From: Clostridia bacterium | GTDB taxonomy: Bacteria > Bacillota > Clostridia > Christensenellales > CAG-138 | Length of the DNA: 64,000 nucleotides | Assembly (NCBI GenBank): GCA_017616435.1 | Contig: JAFZYC010000045.1 | Location: 59,541 to 123,540, forward strand | Direction of reading: 5' to 3' | Shown here: one piece after another, positions 17,002 to 25,556 of the stretch | How positions within the stretch are numbered: position 1 is the first letter of the stretch | How the letters are laid out: every line of letters starts with the position of its first letter | Translations under genes and position numbers: made by a program | Notes under the pieces: model-generated | The model's input: only the letters and a program-made list of their open reading frames with translations | Told to the model about the DNA's origin: nothing | Databases searched by the model: none

Positions 17002-17522
17002 GAGTCGACGTCCGTACCGATACGGGCGACGTCGATATCGCGTCCCGGGTCTCTGGCGCGCTCCGCGTGAATACCGATACCGGCTGCGTCGCCTGTGAGG
17101 GTATCTCCGCCGGCTCGATCGATATCGCGGTCTCCACGGGCAGGGTGCGGCTCGCCTCCGTCGAGTGCGCGGGGAGCCTCGGAGTCGCCGTGACCACGGG
17201 CAAAACGACTCTTACGGGCGTGACCTGCGCGAGCTTCTGCTCCGAGGGCAGCACCGGCGACCTTACGCTTGAGAACGTGATCTGCTCGGGAGGCGTCATA
17301 ATAGAGCGCAGCACCGGCGACGTCAAATTCGTCAACTGCGACGGCGCGGAGCTCGATATCACCACCGACACCGGCGACGTGACCGGCAGCCTGCGCACGG
17401 ACAAGGTGTTCATCGTAAAGAGCGACACCGGCCGCATAGACGTTCCCGAGACGACCTCGGGCGGCAAATGCAGGATCATCTCCGACACCGGCGATATAAA
17501 GATCTCCGTCGGCGCGAACTGA
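16974..17522 (+). pseudogene. 5'-truncated DUF4097-like (putative adhesin beta-solenoid) gene fragment
   Basis: The 182-aa ORF has repeated TDTGDV / STGDV / DTGDI turns typical of DUF4097. Its first roughly 10 codons are antisense of the ABC remnant, so the native N-terminus is missing. Confidence 0.55.
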
Positions 17523-17535
17523 CTTCATAAACAAA

Positions 17536-17580
17536 AAGCATGGCTTCGGGGCGTTTGTCCGAAGCCATGCTTTCTTATTC
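17536..17580. terminator. Bidirectional terminator between convergent genes
   Basis: 15-bp arms aaagcatggcttcgg (17536-17550) and ccgaagccatgcttt (17560-17574), with A/T-rich flanks on both sides. Confidence 0.75.
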
Positions 17581-17652
17581 CCGTTTTGCCGATCGTTCGA
17601 AAATGCTATTTGCCGATGTGGGAGGTGTACTCCGCAAAGCGTCCCCGCGGCG

Positions 17653-18651
17653 TCACAGCTCGATACGGTAGATAACGACCTCGTTTGGGAAGTCCGCCAT
17701 CAGATAGACGCATCCGTCGCCGCCGAGGACGATGTCCTCATTGGGGTTATCCGGGAACAGGTCGAGCCTGTCGTAGGGGAGTATCGTGTATGCGGCGAGC
17801 GTGCCCGAAGCGTCGTACTTCGAAATGCTGACGCCCGTTTCGCCGTCGGCGAGAGCCGCTCCCGATCTGTCGAGGAAGTAATGGGAGCCGTCGGGGCCAT
17901 CGCCGAGATACAGGCCGTCCCAATGTCTGAAGGGCACGAACGGCACGCCCTCCGCGAAGGCGAATATCGGTGAACCGTCCTCATCGCGGCCGGAGATATC
18001 GACGATCGTTTCCGGATCGCTCCAGCTGCGGCCCTCGATATCGAGCTCCTTTCTGTAATAGCCCTTGCCCGCCGATCTGGACGATACAGAGAACACCTTC
18101 CCGTCGGAAACGTACATGAACGAGCTGAGCTTTTCGGTGAACCCGCCGGAGAGCCGAACGGTCTCGCCGGAGGACATATCGTACATCCTGCCGAGGAAAA
18201 CCACAAGATCGCCGAGCACCGCGAAGGGCGGCCAGTCCATATCCTCCGGGAGCACTGCGAGCCTCGTGCACTCGCCGGTCTCCGTGTCGTAAACGAGCAC
18301 CGACGAGGGCTCGTCGTGGATATAGATCTTCCCCTCGCCCACGAAGAAGCGATAGGGCAGATAACAGATCACGTCCTCCGAATACCCGGTAAAGCGGTAG
18401 TGCACATCGTTTTCGCCCTCGCCGGGGACGAGCCGCGCTATGACCGTCCCGCAGGAGCTGAAATCCGCCGCCGTCTTCGCGGGCGCCTCGGTGGGCTCCT
18501 CCGTCGGCTGTGTCACGGTCTCCGTGGGCTTGGGCGCGTCGGTGGGATCGACAGAAGCTTCCTTCGGCTGCCTGCACGCCGCAAGAGACAGAATAACCAC
18601 TAGAACAAGAACAATCGCAGTGGCTTTTGACAAAGAAATGATTAGTTTCAT
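17653..18651 (-). CDS. Lipoprotein with a PT-rich linker and a beta-propeller-like domain, unknown function
   Basis: 332 aa. Lipobox LSLAAC|RQP and linker PTDAPKPTETVTQPTEEPTEAP. The body shares motifs with the N-domain of 18735-20504 (GEGENDVHYRF, VPFVPF, ISKYDASG). Confidence 0.75.
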   Translation of the reverse strand: MKLIISLSKATAIVLVLVVILSLAACRQPKEASVDPTDAPKPTETVTQPTEEPTEAPAKTAADFSSCGTVIARLVPGEGENDVHYRFTGYSEDVICYLPYRFFVGEGKIYIHDEPSSVLVYDTETGECTRLAVLPEDMDWPPFAVLGDLVVFLGRMYDMSSGETVRLSGGFTEKLSSFMYVSDGKVFSVSSRSAGKGYYRKELDIEGRSWSDPETIVDISGRDEDGSPIFAFAEGVPFVPFRHWDGLYLGDGPDGSHYFLDRSGAALADGETGVSISKYDASGTLAAYTILPYDRLDLFPDNPNEDIVLGGDGCVYLMADFPNEVVIYRIEL

Positions 18652-18734
18652 TGGGTTCTCCTTTCTTTTTTCATGCTAGGATAGTTTTGCCTCTCATATA
18701 TATAACGCACAACAGATACTTTTGGTTGCATTAA

Positions 18735-20504
18735 TTATGACCCGCTTTGTGTATATCCGCATACTACACAGATGGAATCGCCGCCAATTGCTGTGTACCA
18801 TGTATGCTGCCCATATCCTCCGCCTACGCTACCGCACCCCTTATCACAAGTAATCCAATGCTGAGAGGAATTGTACCCATAATGATTAGTATATACACAA
18901 GACCATTGTCCTCCGCAGGCATAAACGGTTTTTAGGTAATACCCGTTGATACTTGAAATGTTGACTGTCCTTTTTGTAGTTTTATCTATATTGCTCTTTC
19001 TTGTCGACTCATAAATTGTTACGATAGCATTCGAACGAGAATAATACAGTATTGCATGATTGGTTTGCCCGGGAACATCATATGCTACCAAATAATCCAT
19101 CTCTTCCATATTAGCAAAACTAGCATCATTCACAACGGTACTGTCGTTCATGTTGCCATAAATAAAGTATCCCACGTCTTCCTTTAGTTTTTTTGTCTTT
19201 TTATGTGTTCCAAGCAGATAGGCATAGCTGACAAATCCGGAACAATCCATGCCAGTTGTTTGTAGATTTTTGGTATAGCTAATGTTGCCTGCTGTTAAAC
19301 CGTTATCCAAATCATCATCAAAATCGTCGAGATTCGCAAAATACTCGTTTCCCCAACAATACGGTATCCCAATGAAGTTTCTTGGCGGAGTAACACCTTG
19401 AATAAAATGAGGAAGAATTACACCCGGGGGAGTAGACATATTATTACTTGTTAATGTCCAAAGGTGGTTCTTAGCATCATTAGCGCGCTGCTTGACTTGA
19501 TTTCTGGTTAGGCTAGTCTGCGTATAAACGGTTCTGGTGTTTAAGGCTCGCATACTAGAGGGCATGATTTTATATGCGAAATCTTCAAGGTCTTGAATAT
19601 GCGAATCATACTGTTTCTGAAGATTTGGCCTTGTAATGTAGACACCTTCTTCACGACACAGCATTGTATAAATTGTATCGTTGTCGCTTATGAATGCTGC
19701 AGTCTGCGGAATTGAAAAAGCATTTCTGTAATCTATTACGGTACAACCTATCAGGTCGCCTTCAAAGTCGTACTTTCTGATTGTGTATTCCGTTTCGATA
19801 ATTGGAACAAATGGGACAAACTCATACACCCCAATTAGTATACAATCCTCTGATTCTGCCAGATACTGTGCGAGAGTATTATCGCCAGTATTAACAGAAA
19901 CGGTGTTGCCTAAAACAGAGAATACTTTTTTAGGGGAAAATGAATCTGTCACTTCTGCGTTATAGGAAAGCTCCCATTCTTTTAGACTGTTAAGAGAATA
20001 GCATCTGCAATCAATAGTAAGCAACTGAAGTATCCCGTTCTGATTTCTCAAACTAAATATATCCGAAAACTCCAGTCCTTCAGGAATGCTTATCGTGCCG
20101 CAGAGTTCTCCGGAATCCGAAATTGCATAGATTGTGGTTTCGTCGTAATCGATCAAATAATACAATTCTTCATAGCGGCACATAAACCTTGGCCTCGTAC
20201 ATTCGCTTAATGGTATGTAATGCAAGCTTTTTCCATTATAAACTACAATTCTGCATTTTACTGAATCTAATACTGCAACCTTGTTTCCATCAACAATAAA
20301 TGCTTCAGGGCCAGAACGCCAATCGTATTCCGTCTTATACCCTATTTCGTTTTCACTTTCACCAGCGGGTAAATACAGAATGATTTCAGCATCATTGAGG
20401 GCGTCTCCTGTATAACCAGATTCACACTCGGGACGCGCTGCGGCGCCAACGAATACCGAAAGCGCCATGATCGTGATAATGATTGCCGACATTATTTTCT
20501 TCAT
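18735..20504 (-). CDS. Secreted NlpC/P60-family cysteine peptidase with an N-terminal propeller-like domain and a Cys-rich C-terminal tail
   Basis: 589 aa with an AAGGAGG RBS and a signal peptide MKKIMSAIIITIMALSVFVGAAA. Catalytic motif GMDCSGFVSYAY, then NHAILYY (His). The C-terminal roughly 70 aa carry 8 Cys. The gene is markedly AT-richer than its flanks. Confidence 0.8.
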   Translation of the reverse strand: MKKIMSAIIITIMALSVFVGAAARPECESGYTGDALNDAEIILYLPAGESENEIGYKTEYDWRSGPEAFIVDGNKVAVLDSVKCRIVVYNGKSLHYIPLSECTRPRFMCRYEELYYLIDYDETTIYAISDSGELCGTISIPEGLEFSDIFSLRNQNGILQLLTIDCRCYSLNSLKEWELSYNAEVTDSFSPKKVFSVLGNTVSVNTGDNTLAQYLAESEDCILIGVYEFVPFVPIIETEYTIRKYDFEGDLIGCTVIDYRNAFSIPQTAAFISDNDTIYTMLCREEGVYITRPNLQKQYDSHIQDLEDFAYKIMPSSMRALNTRTVYTQTSLTRNQVKQRANDAKNHLWTLTSNNMSTPPGVILPHFIQGVTPPRNFIGIPYCWGNEYFANLDDFDDDLDNGLTAGNISYTKNLQTTGMDCSGFVSYAYLLGTHKKTKKLKEDVGYFIYGNMNDSTVVNDASFANMEEMDYLVAYDVPGQTNHAILYYSRSNAIVTIYESTRKSNIDKTTKRTVNISSINGYYLKTVYACGGQWSCVYTNHYGYNSSQHWITCDKGCGSVGGGYGQHTWYTAIGGDSICVVCGYTQSGS

Positions 20505-20593
20505 AATGATCCTCCTTGGGTTGTTTGTCGGTATTGTTGGTGAGGGTATGCGTCCTCACCGCCGCGCTTTTCCTGCCGCTCACGGGCGGGTAT

Positions 20594-21343
20594 TCACAGT
20601 TCGAGATCCTCGGCGAGACGCGGAGGCACTCCGCGGGGGCCGCGCACGGCGAATATGCCGTAATCCTTCAGCCGCGCGAAAGTGAAATCTCCCGGGTCGT
20701 ACCGCCTCAGGAGCTTTATCCGCATAAGCGCGGTGATGGTGAGCTCCCCGCTTTTGTAATCATACGGGATGTCCGTCTCGGTCACGATGCATTTGAAGAG
20801 TATCGCGGAGACCGGCGCCGCGGCGTAGACGAACACCGTGTCGCCCGTCCTTATCCCCGCGCCCTGTTTCCATTCGATCTCGTCCCTTTCGTTGAAAGCC
20901 CGCACTATATCGTAATACTTCGGGTTGGCGGGCACTATCCAATCCTTCGGGGGGCGCAGCCGCCTTTTTTTCGCCGCGGAGGCGGTCGCCTCGTAGCTCA
21001 TATCGATCAGCGAGCATATCTCGCCGAAGCCGACTGTGCCGTCGAGCAGCACCGAGACCCAGTTCCCGCTTGAAAAATGCCAGCCGCGAAAGAAGCCCTC
21101 CCTCTGCCTCAGCATGCTGCACAGGAGCGGATCGCCGGGCTTCACGTTGAGTATGTCGACGCGGCCCTCTCCCTTTAGGCCGAGGGCGCTGCGGGGCACG
21201 TCCATGACTATGCAGAACCATTTGCGGTCGTCCGAATGGCGGAACACGGCGTAGTCGGGAAAGCGCAGCCAAAGGCGCTCCGGCCCGCAGCCGTAGCGCT
21301 CCGTGATCCAGCGTGTCACGTCCTCTCTGAACGAGCTGCCCAT
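20594..21343 (-). CDS. MmcQ/YjbR-family domain fused to a PUA-like (EVE/ASCH-like) C-terminal domain
   Basis: 249 aa. The N-terminal half (PDYAVFRHSDDRKWFCIVMDV...GNWVSVLLDG) fits YjbR. The C-terminal half starts WIVPANPKYYDI and contains GDTVFVY. A paralogue lies at 56367-57113. Confidence 0.65.
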   Translation of the reverse strand: MGSSFREDVTRWITERYGCGPERLWLRFPDYAVFRHSDDRKWFCIVMDVPRSALGLKGEGRVDILNVKPGDPLLCSMLRQREGFFRGWHFSSGNWVSVLLDGTVGFGEICSLIDMSYEATASAAKKRRLRPPKDWIVPANPKYYDIVRAFNERDEIEWKQGAGIRTGDTVFVYAAAPVSAILFKCIVTETDIPYDYKSGELTITALMRIKLLRRYDPGDFTFARLKDYGIFAVRGPRGVPPRLAEDLEL

Positions 21344-22374
21344 GCTTGACCTCCGTTCCGGCGCCCTGCCCTCGCGCAGGCGGGATATTCGTACAGCTTT
21401 CCGTGCACGAAATAGTTATAGGATCTGCAGCCTCCGGCGCAGAAACGGCCCTTCGGGCAGTCGGCGCAGGCGCCGGTGAGCATTTCGGGCGTGAACCGCC
21501 TGTTATAGGCGAAGGCTTCGGGATCCTCCCATATCTCCTTGAGGCTCCTCTCGCGCAGGTTCCCCTCGTTGAAGGCCTCGTCGTACATGGATTCGCAGCC
21601 GCGGACGTTGCCGACGCTGTCTATGCCTATCGACGTGAGCCCGGCTCTGCAGCCGGTGAACGGCGCCCCGCCGGATCTTCTGCCGCGGAGGCGCTCCTCG
21701 TCCTCCGTCCAATAGCCGATATTGTCGGCAGCTCCCAGAGCGAAAGGCGCTTCGTCGATATGGCGCATCACAAAATCGATCACCGCTTTCGTATCGATAC
21801 TGTGGTCGATGCCCGAGACCGCGGCGTTGCCCATGGGCGAGCACGCCTGCAGCTGCCACGCGCCGATGGGCTTGTCCCTCAATATGCCGTACATCTCCTC
21901 CAGCATCGGGGCGTTCTCGCTGTTGAGGGTGCTTATCACGGAAACGGGTATCCCGCCCGCGCGGAGCGCGTCTATCGCATCCATCGCGCGGCGGAAGCTG
22001 CCCTCCTGGCGGTACTTGTCGTGCACGCGCTCCGGCCCGTCGACCGAGACCGCGACGGATTCGATGTTCGCCCCTCGCAGCCTTTCGATAGTGTCTTTTT
22101 TGAATATGAAGCCGTTCGTTATTATCGCGACCGCGACGCCGCGATCCGTAAGCCGGCGCGCGATCACGTCCCAGTCGGGGCGCATGAAGACCTCGCCGCC
22201 TATCATCGATACGCGTCTGCAGCCCATTTGCGCGAGCTGATCCGCGACTAAGAGGCATTCCTCCGTCGTCAGCTCGTTCTCCCTCGCCTTTCCCGCGCGG
22301 GAGCCGCAGTATCTGCAGGAGAAGCAGCAGGCGAGCGTGATCTCCCAAACGCAGGAGCGGAGCCTGAAGCTCAT
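21316..22374 (-). CDS. Radical SAM enzyme with a C-terminal SPASM-type auxiliary-cluster domain (putative peptide/protein maturase)
   Basis: 352 aa. CX3CX2C at the N-terminus (ACCFSCRYC), GGE motif (IGGEVFMRPD), and a C-terminal Cys pattern GCRAG..GNVRGCES...CADCPKGRFCAGGCRS. ATGA overlap with the upstream repeat-protein gene. Confidence 0.8.
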   Translation of the reverse strand: MSFRLRSCVWEITLACCFSCRYCGSRAGKARENELTTEECLLVADQLAQMGCRRVSMIGGEVFMRPDWDVIARRLTDRGVAVAIITNGFIFKKDTIERLRGANIESVAVSVDGPERVHDKYRQEGSFRRAMDAIDALRAGGIPVSVISTLNSENAPMLEEMYGILRDKPIGAWQLQACSPMGNAAVSGIDHSIDTKAVIDFVMRHIDEAPFALGAADNIGYWTEDEERLRGRRSGGAPFTGCRAGLTSIGIDSVGNVRGCESMYDEAFNEGNLRERSLKEIWEDPEAFAYNRRFTPEMLTGACADCPKGRFCAGGCRSYNYFVHGKLYEYPACARAGRRNGGQAWAARSERT

Positions 22375-22931
22375 ACCTTCGTTTCCTTTCCGAACAGCCT
22401 CGCGAAGAAGCAGCGGCCCTTCTTGGGCTCGCGCTCGGGAGGCTCGGGCTCGTTCTTTTCTTCCTTTTGGGGTTCCTTGCGGCGCGCCGCGTCGGGAGCG
22501 GGCATCACCGCGCCGAGAAGCGCGGGACCTTCGTGCTCCTCGGTTACGGGACGGTCCCCGCCCATCATCTCCGGTCCGCCGTAGACGTCGAGGATCTCCG
22601 CCTCCTGCTTGAAGGCGTCAGGGCAGGCGTAGACGGCCTTGAACTCCGCCTCTCCCCCGCCGGTCATTTTGGGGCCGTCGTAAACGCGGCTCATCTGTGC
22701 CTCGCGCCGGCGCCGCGCCATCATATCCGGCCCGCCGTATACGAGCATCATCGGCGGCTCCTTGGGGCGTGGCGCCTCCCTGTAATTATCGGGATAGCCC
22801 GCGCCTTCATCAGGCGCGTTCTCCTCGTCTTTCTCCCTGTCGGTATCCTCGTCCTTATCGCCGGGCTTGGTCACCCAGCCGGGCGCAGCGTACAGCGCCA
22901 CGAACCTTGCTCTTTCCTTTTTCATTTTCAT
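22371..22931 (-). CDS. Charged, Pro-rich protein with five (V/L)-Y-x-x-P repeats; candidate substrate of the adjacent radical SAM enzyme
   Basis: 186 aa. The repeats are FVALYAAPGW, MLVYGGPDMM, SRVYDGPKMT, KAVYACPDAF and LDVYGGPEMM. GAAAGGAA RBS lies 13 nt after the stop of the upstream gene. No TM segment or signal peptide. Confidence 0.65.
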   Translation of the reverse strand: MKMKKERARFVALYAAPGWVTKPGDKDEDTDREKDEENAPDEGAGYPDNYREAPRPKEPPMMLVYGGPDMMARRRREAQMSRVYDGPKMTGGGEAEFKAVYACPDAFKQEAEILDVYGGPEMMGGDRPVTEEHEGPALLGAVMPAPDAARRKEPQKEEKNEPEPPEREPKKGRCFFARLFGKETKV

Positions 22932-22944
22932 ACCCGTTCCTTTC

Positions 22945-25386
22945 TTATATGAACAGATTGACGTTCGATTCCTCCGCGTCGCCGAGGTAGGTGCCGACTC
23001 CGCCGATCTCGACGCCGTCGATCAGCTCCTCCGGCTTGATGCCCATGACGTCCATGCTCATGGAGCAGGCAACGAGCTTCACGCCGTTGTCGAGGGCCTT
23101 CTTTATAAGCTCCTCCAGCGAATCGATGTTCTTGTCCTTCATTATCCTCTTCATCATCGCGGTACCCATGCCGCCCATGTTCATCTTGGAGAGCTTTAGC
23201 TTCTTCGAGCCGCGGGGCAGCATGGCGCCGAACATCTTTTCTATCGCGGTCTTTTTGACCTTCTGCTTTTCGGGCTTCCTCAGCGCGTTGAGGCCCCAGA
23301 ACGTGAAGAACATCGTGACAGGCCTGCCCATGGCGAGCGCGCCGTTCGCGATTATGAACGAGGCGAGCACCTTGTCAAGATCGCCGTCGAACACGATTAT
23401 CGTCTTGCCCTCGGGAGCTTCCTTCACTGCGAAGCCCTCCTTCTTCGGCGCGTTCTCAACGCCCTTTTTCACCACGGCCGCGTAGTCGCTCCCGCGCTTT
23501 TCGTTCGAAACGAGGGTGTTGCCCGTGCGCCTGCACCAGGACGCGATATCCTTTGCAAAGCCGGGATCGGAGGCCAATACCTCCAGCGTGTCGCCCTCCT
23601 TCATCTCGCCGAGCTTCTTGTAGACCTCCATGATGGGGCCGGGGCACTGCATACCGCAGCAGTCAAGACGCACTGTTTCCATATCGTTCACGCTCCTTGA
23701 TGATGTTTCCTCCTTCGCGGGGGCGGGCGCCTCCGCGCTTTCATGCACCGCTCTGTAGAATCTCGCGCCGCCGGGATAGATCGCGACGTCCTCAAAGCCC
23801 GACTGCGTGAGTATCCTTGCCGCGTTGTAAGCCCTGACGCCTATCGCGCAGAAAACTATCGTCCTCTTTTTGGGATCGAGCTCGCCCATGCGCGATCTGA
23901 TCTCGCCCAAGGGTATGTTCACCGCGCCGGGCACGGCGTAGGCGGTCACCTCCGCCTCCTCGCGCACGTCGAGCAGCTGCGCCGCCGGGTTATTATCCGG
24001 CTCGTCCCATTCCGCCTGGCGGACGAGGCCCTTCAATACGTTCTCCGCCACGAAGCCCGCCATGTTGACTGGATCCTTTGCGGAGGAGAACGGCGGAGCG
24101 TAAGCCAGCTCCAGCTCCTTGAGCGCCGTGACGCCCGCCCCGAGGCGCTGCGCTGCGGCTATAACGTCTATGCGCTTATCCACGCCCTCGCTTCCGACCG
24201 CCTGCGCGCCGAGTATGCGGCTCCCGTCGGCGGTGAACGTCAGCTTCATGGTCATCTGCGCCGCGCCGGGATAGTACCCCGCATGGTGGTTCTGAACGAC
24301 CGTGACCGTTTGGTAATCGCGCCCCTTCACCATGCCGCGGCTCTTCAGCGTCTTCTCGTTCGCGCCGGTGAACGCCGCCGTCAAGCCGAACAGCTTCACT
24401 ATCGAGGTCCCCTGCGTGCCGCGGTAGACCTCGTCACCGCCCGCGATATTGTCCGCCGCGATGCGGCCCTGCTTGTTCGCCGGGCCGGCCAGGGCTATCA
24501 TAGCCTTCCCGCCCGAGACGAAGTCCGTGACCTCTGCCGCGTCGCCCACGGCGTAGATCGAGGGATCCGCCGTGCGCATGCGGTCGTTGGTGACGATGCC
24601 GCCCTTCGCGTTGAGCTCAAGCCCGCAGTCCCCCGCGAGCGCGCCGTTCGGCCTTACGCCTATCGCGAGGACTACGAAATCGGTGTCGATCCTCCTGCCG
24701 CTCCTGAGCCTGACCGCTATATCGTGCCCGCTGTCGTCGAATGAATCGACGCCGTCGCCGAGTATGAGCTCGACGCCGTTTTCCGTGAGTTCCCTATGCA
24801 CGAGCTTCGCAAGCTCCGTGTCGAGCGGAGCGAGCACCTGATCCATGGCCTCGACGAGCGTCACCCTGAGCCCCGCATGGCGGAGGTTCTCCGCGATCTC
24901 GACGCCTATGAACCCGCCGCCGATCACCGCCGCGCTTTCGGAAGCGCCGACGGCGTCTCGCAGGTCGTCCGCGTCGGGCACTGTCCACAGCGTCCTTACC
25001 CGCGGGCTGTCTATGCCGGGTATCCTCGGCCTTAACGGGCTCGAGCCCGTTGCTATGACGAGGGTATCGTAGCTTTCGTCGTATTCCGTGCCGTTCGCGA
25101 TATCCTTAACGCGCACCTTCTTGCCCGCGCGGTCGATCGAGACCGCTTCGGAGAGCGTCCTTACGTCGATATTGAACTTCTTTTTCATCGCCTCCGGCGT
25201 CTGCAGCAGCAGCGCGCGCCGCGATTTTATAACGTCGCCCACGTGATAGGGCAGCCCGCAGTTCGCGTAGGAGATGTATTCCCCCCGCTCCAGCATAACT
25301 ATCTCGGCCGTCTCGTCGAGCCTGCGGAGCCTCGCCGCGCAGGAGGCTCCCCCCGCGACGCCGCCGATTATGACAACTTTACTCAT
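22945..25386 (-). CDS. CoA-disulfide/persulfide reductase-like flavoprotein fused to rhodanese, TusA-like and DsrE/F-like domains
   Basis: 813 aa. FAD motif VVIIGGVAGGAS and redox Cys SYANCGLPYH. Rhodanese loop FCAIGVRA. TusA motif CCGMQCPGP. The C-terminal DsrE-like segment begins KTIIVFDGDLDKVLASFIIANGA. Confidence 0.8.
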   Translation of the reverse strand: MSKVVIIGGVAGGASCAARLRRLDETAEIVMLERGEYISYANCGLPYHVGDVIKSRRALLLQTPEAMKKKFNIDVRTLSEAVSIDRAGKKVRVKDIANGTEYDESYDTLVIATGSSPLRPRIPGIDSPRVRTLWTVPDADDLRDAVGASESAAVIGGGFIGVEIAENLRHAGLRVTLVEAMDQVLAPLDTELAKLVHRELTENGVELILGDGVDSFDDSGHDIAVRLRSGRRIDTDFVVLAIGVRPNGALAGDCGLELNAKGGIVTNDRMRTADPSIYAVGDAAEVTDFVSGGKAMIALAGPANKQGRIAADNIAGGDEVYRGTQGTSIVKLFGLTAAFTGANEKTLKSRGMVKGRDYQTVTVVQNHHAGYYPGAAQMTMKLTFTADGSRILGAQAVGSEGVDKRIDVIAAAQRLGAGVTALKELELAYAPPFSSAKDPVNMAGFVAENVLKGLVRQAEWDEPDNNPAAQLLDVREEAEVTAYAVPGAVNIPLGEIRSRMGELDPKKRTIVFCAIGVRAYNAARILTQSGFEDVAIYPGGARFYRAVHESAEAPAPAKEETSSRSVNDMETVRLDCCGMQCPGPIMEVYKKLGEMKEGDTLEVLASDPGFAKDIASWCRRTGNTLVSNEKRGSDYAAVVKKGVENAPKKEGFAVKEAPEGKTIIVFDGDLDKVLASFIIANGALAMGRPVTMFFTFWGLNALRKPEKQKVKKTAIEKMFGAMLPRGSKKLKLSKMNMGGMGTAMMKRIMKDKNIDSLEELIKKALDNGVKLVACSMSMDVMGIKPEELIDGVEIGGVGTYLGDAEESNVNLFI

Positions 25387-25440
25387 GAGCCCATCCGTTC
25401 CTTTCGTTCATGCGCTTCTCGTGCGCTTTATTGCGATGAT

Positions 25441-25469
25441 AATATACCATATCTTTTCCTCTTCTTCAA
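25441..25469 (-). promoter_or_regulatory. Candidate promoter of the CoADR / repeat protein / rSAM / YjbR operon
   Basis: On the minus strand: TTGAAG (25469-25464), 17 nt spacer, TATATT (25446-25441). It lies about 55 nt upstream of ATG 25386. Confidence 0.4.
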
Positions 25470-25556
25470 TCATTTTCCGCGCCGCGGCGGAGGATTATCC
25501 TTTGAAAAACAAAAAGGCCCCGCGTTTTGATCCGCAGAGCCGTGCATCATATTATT

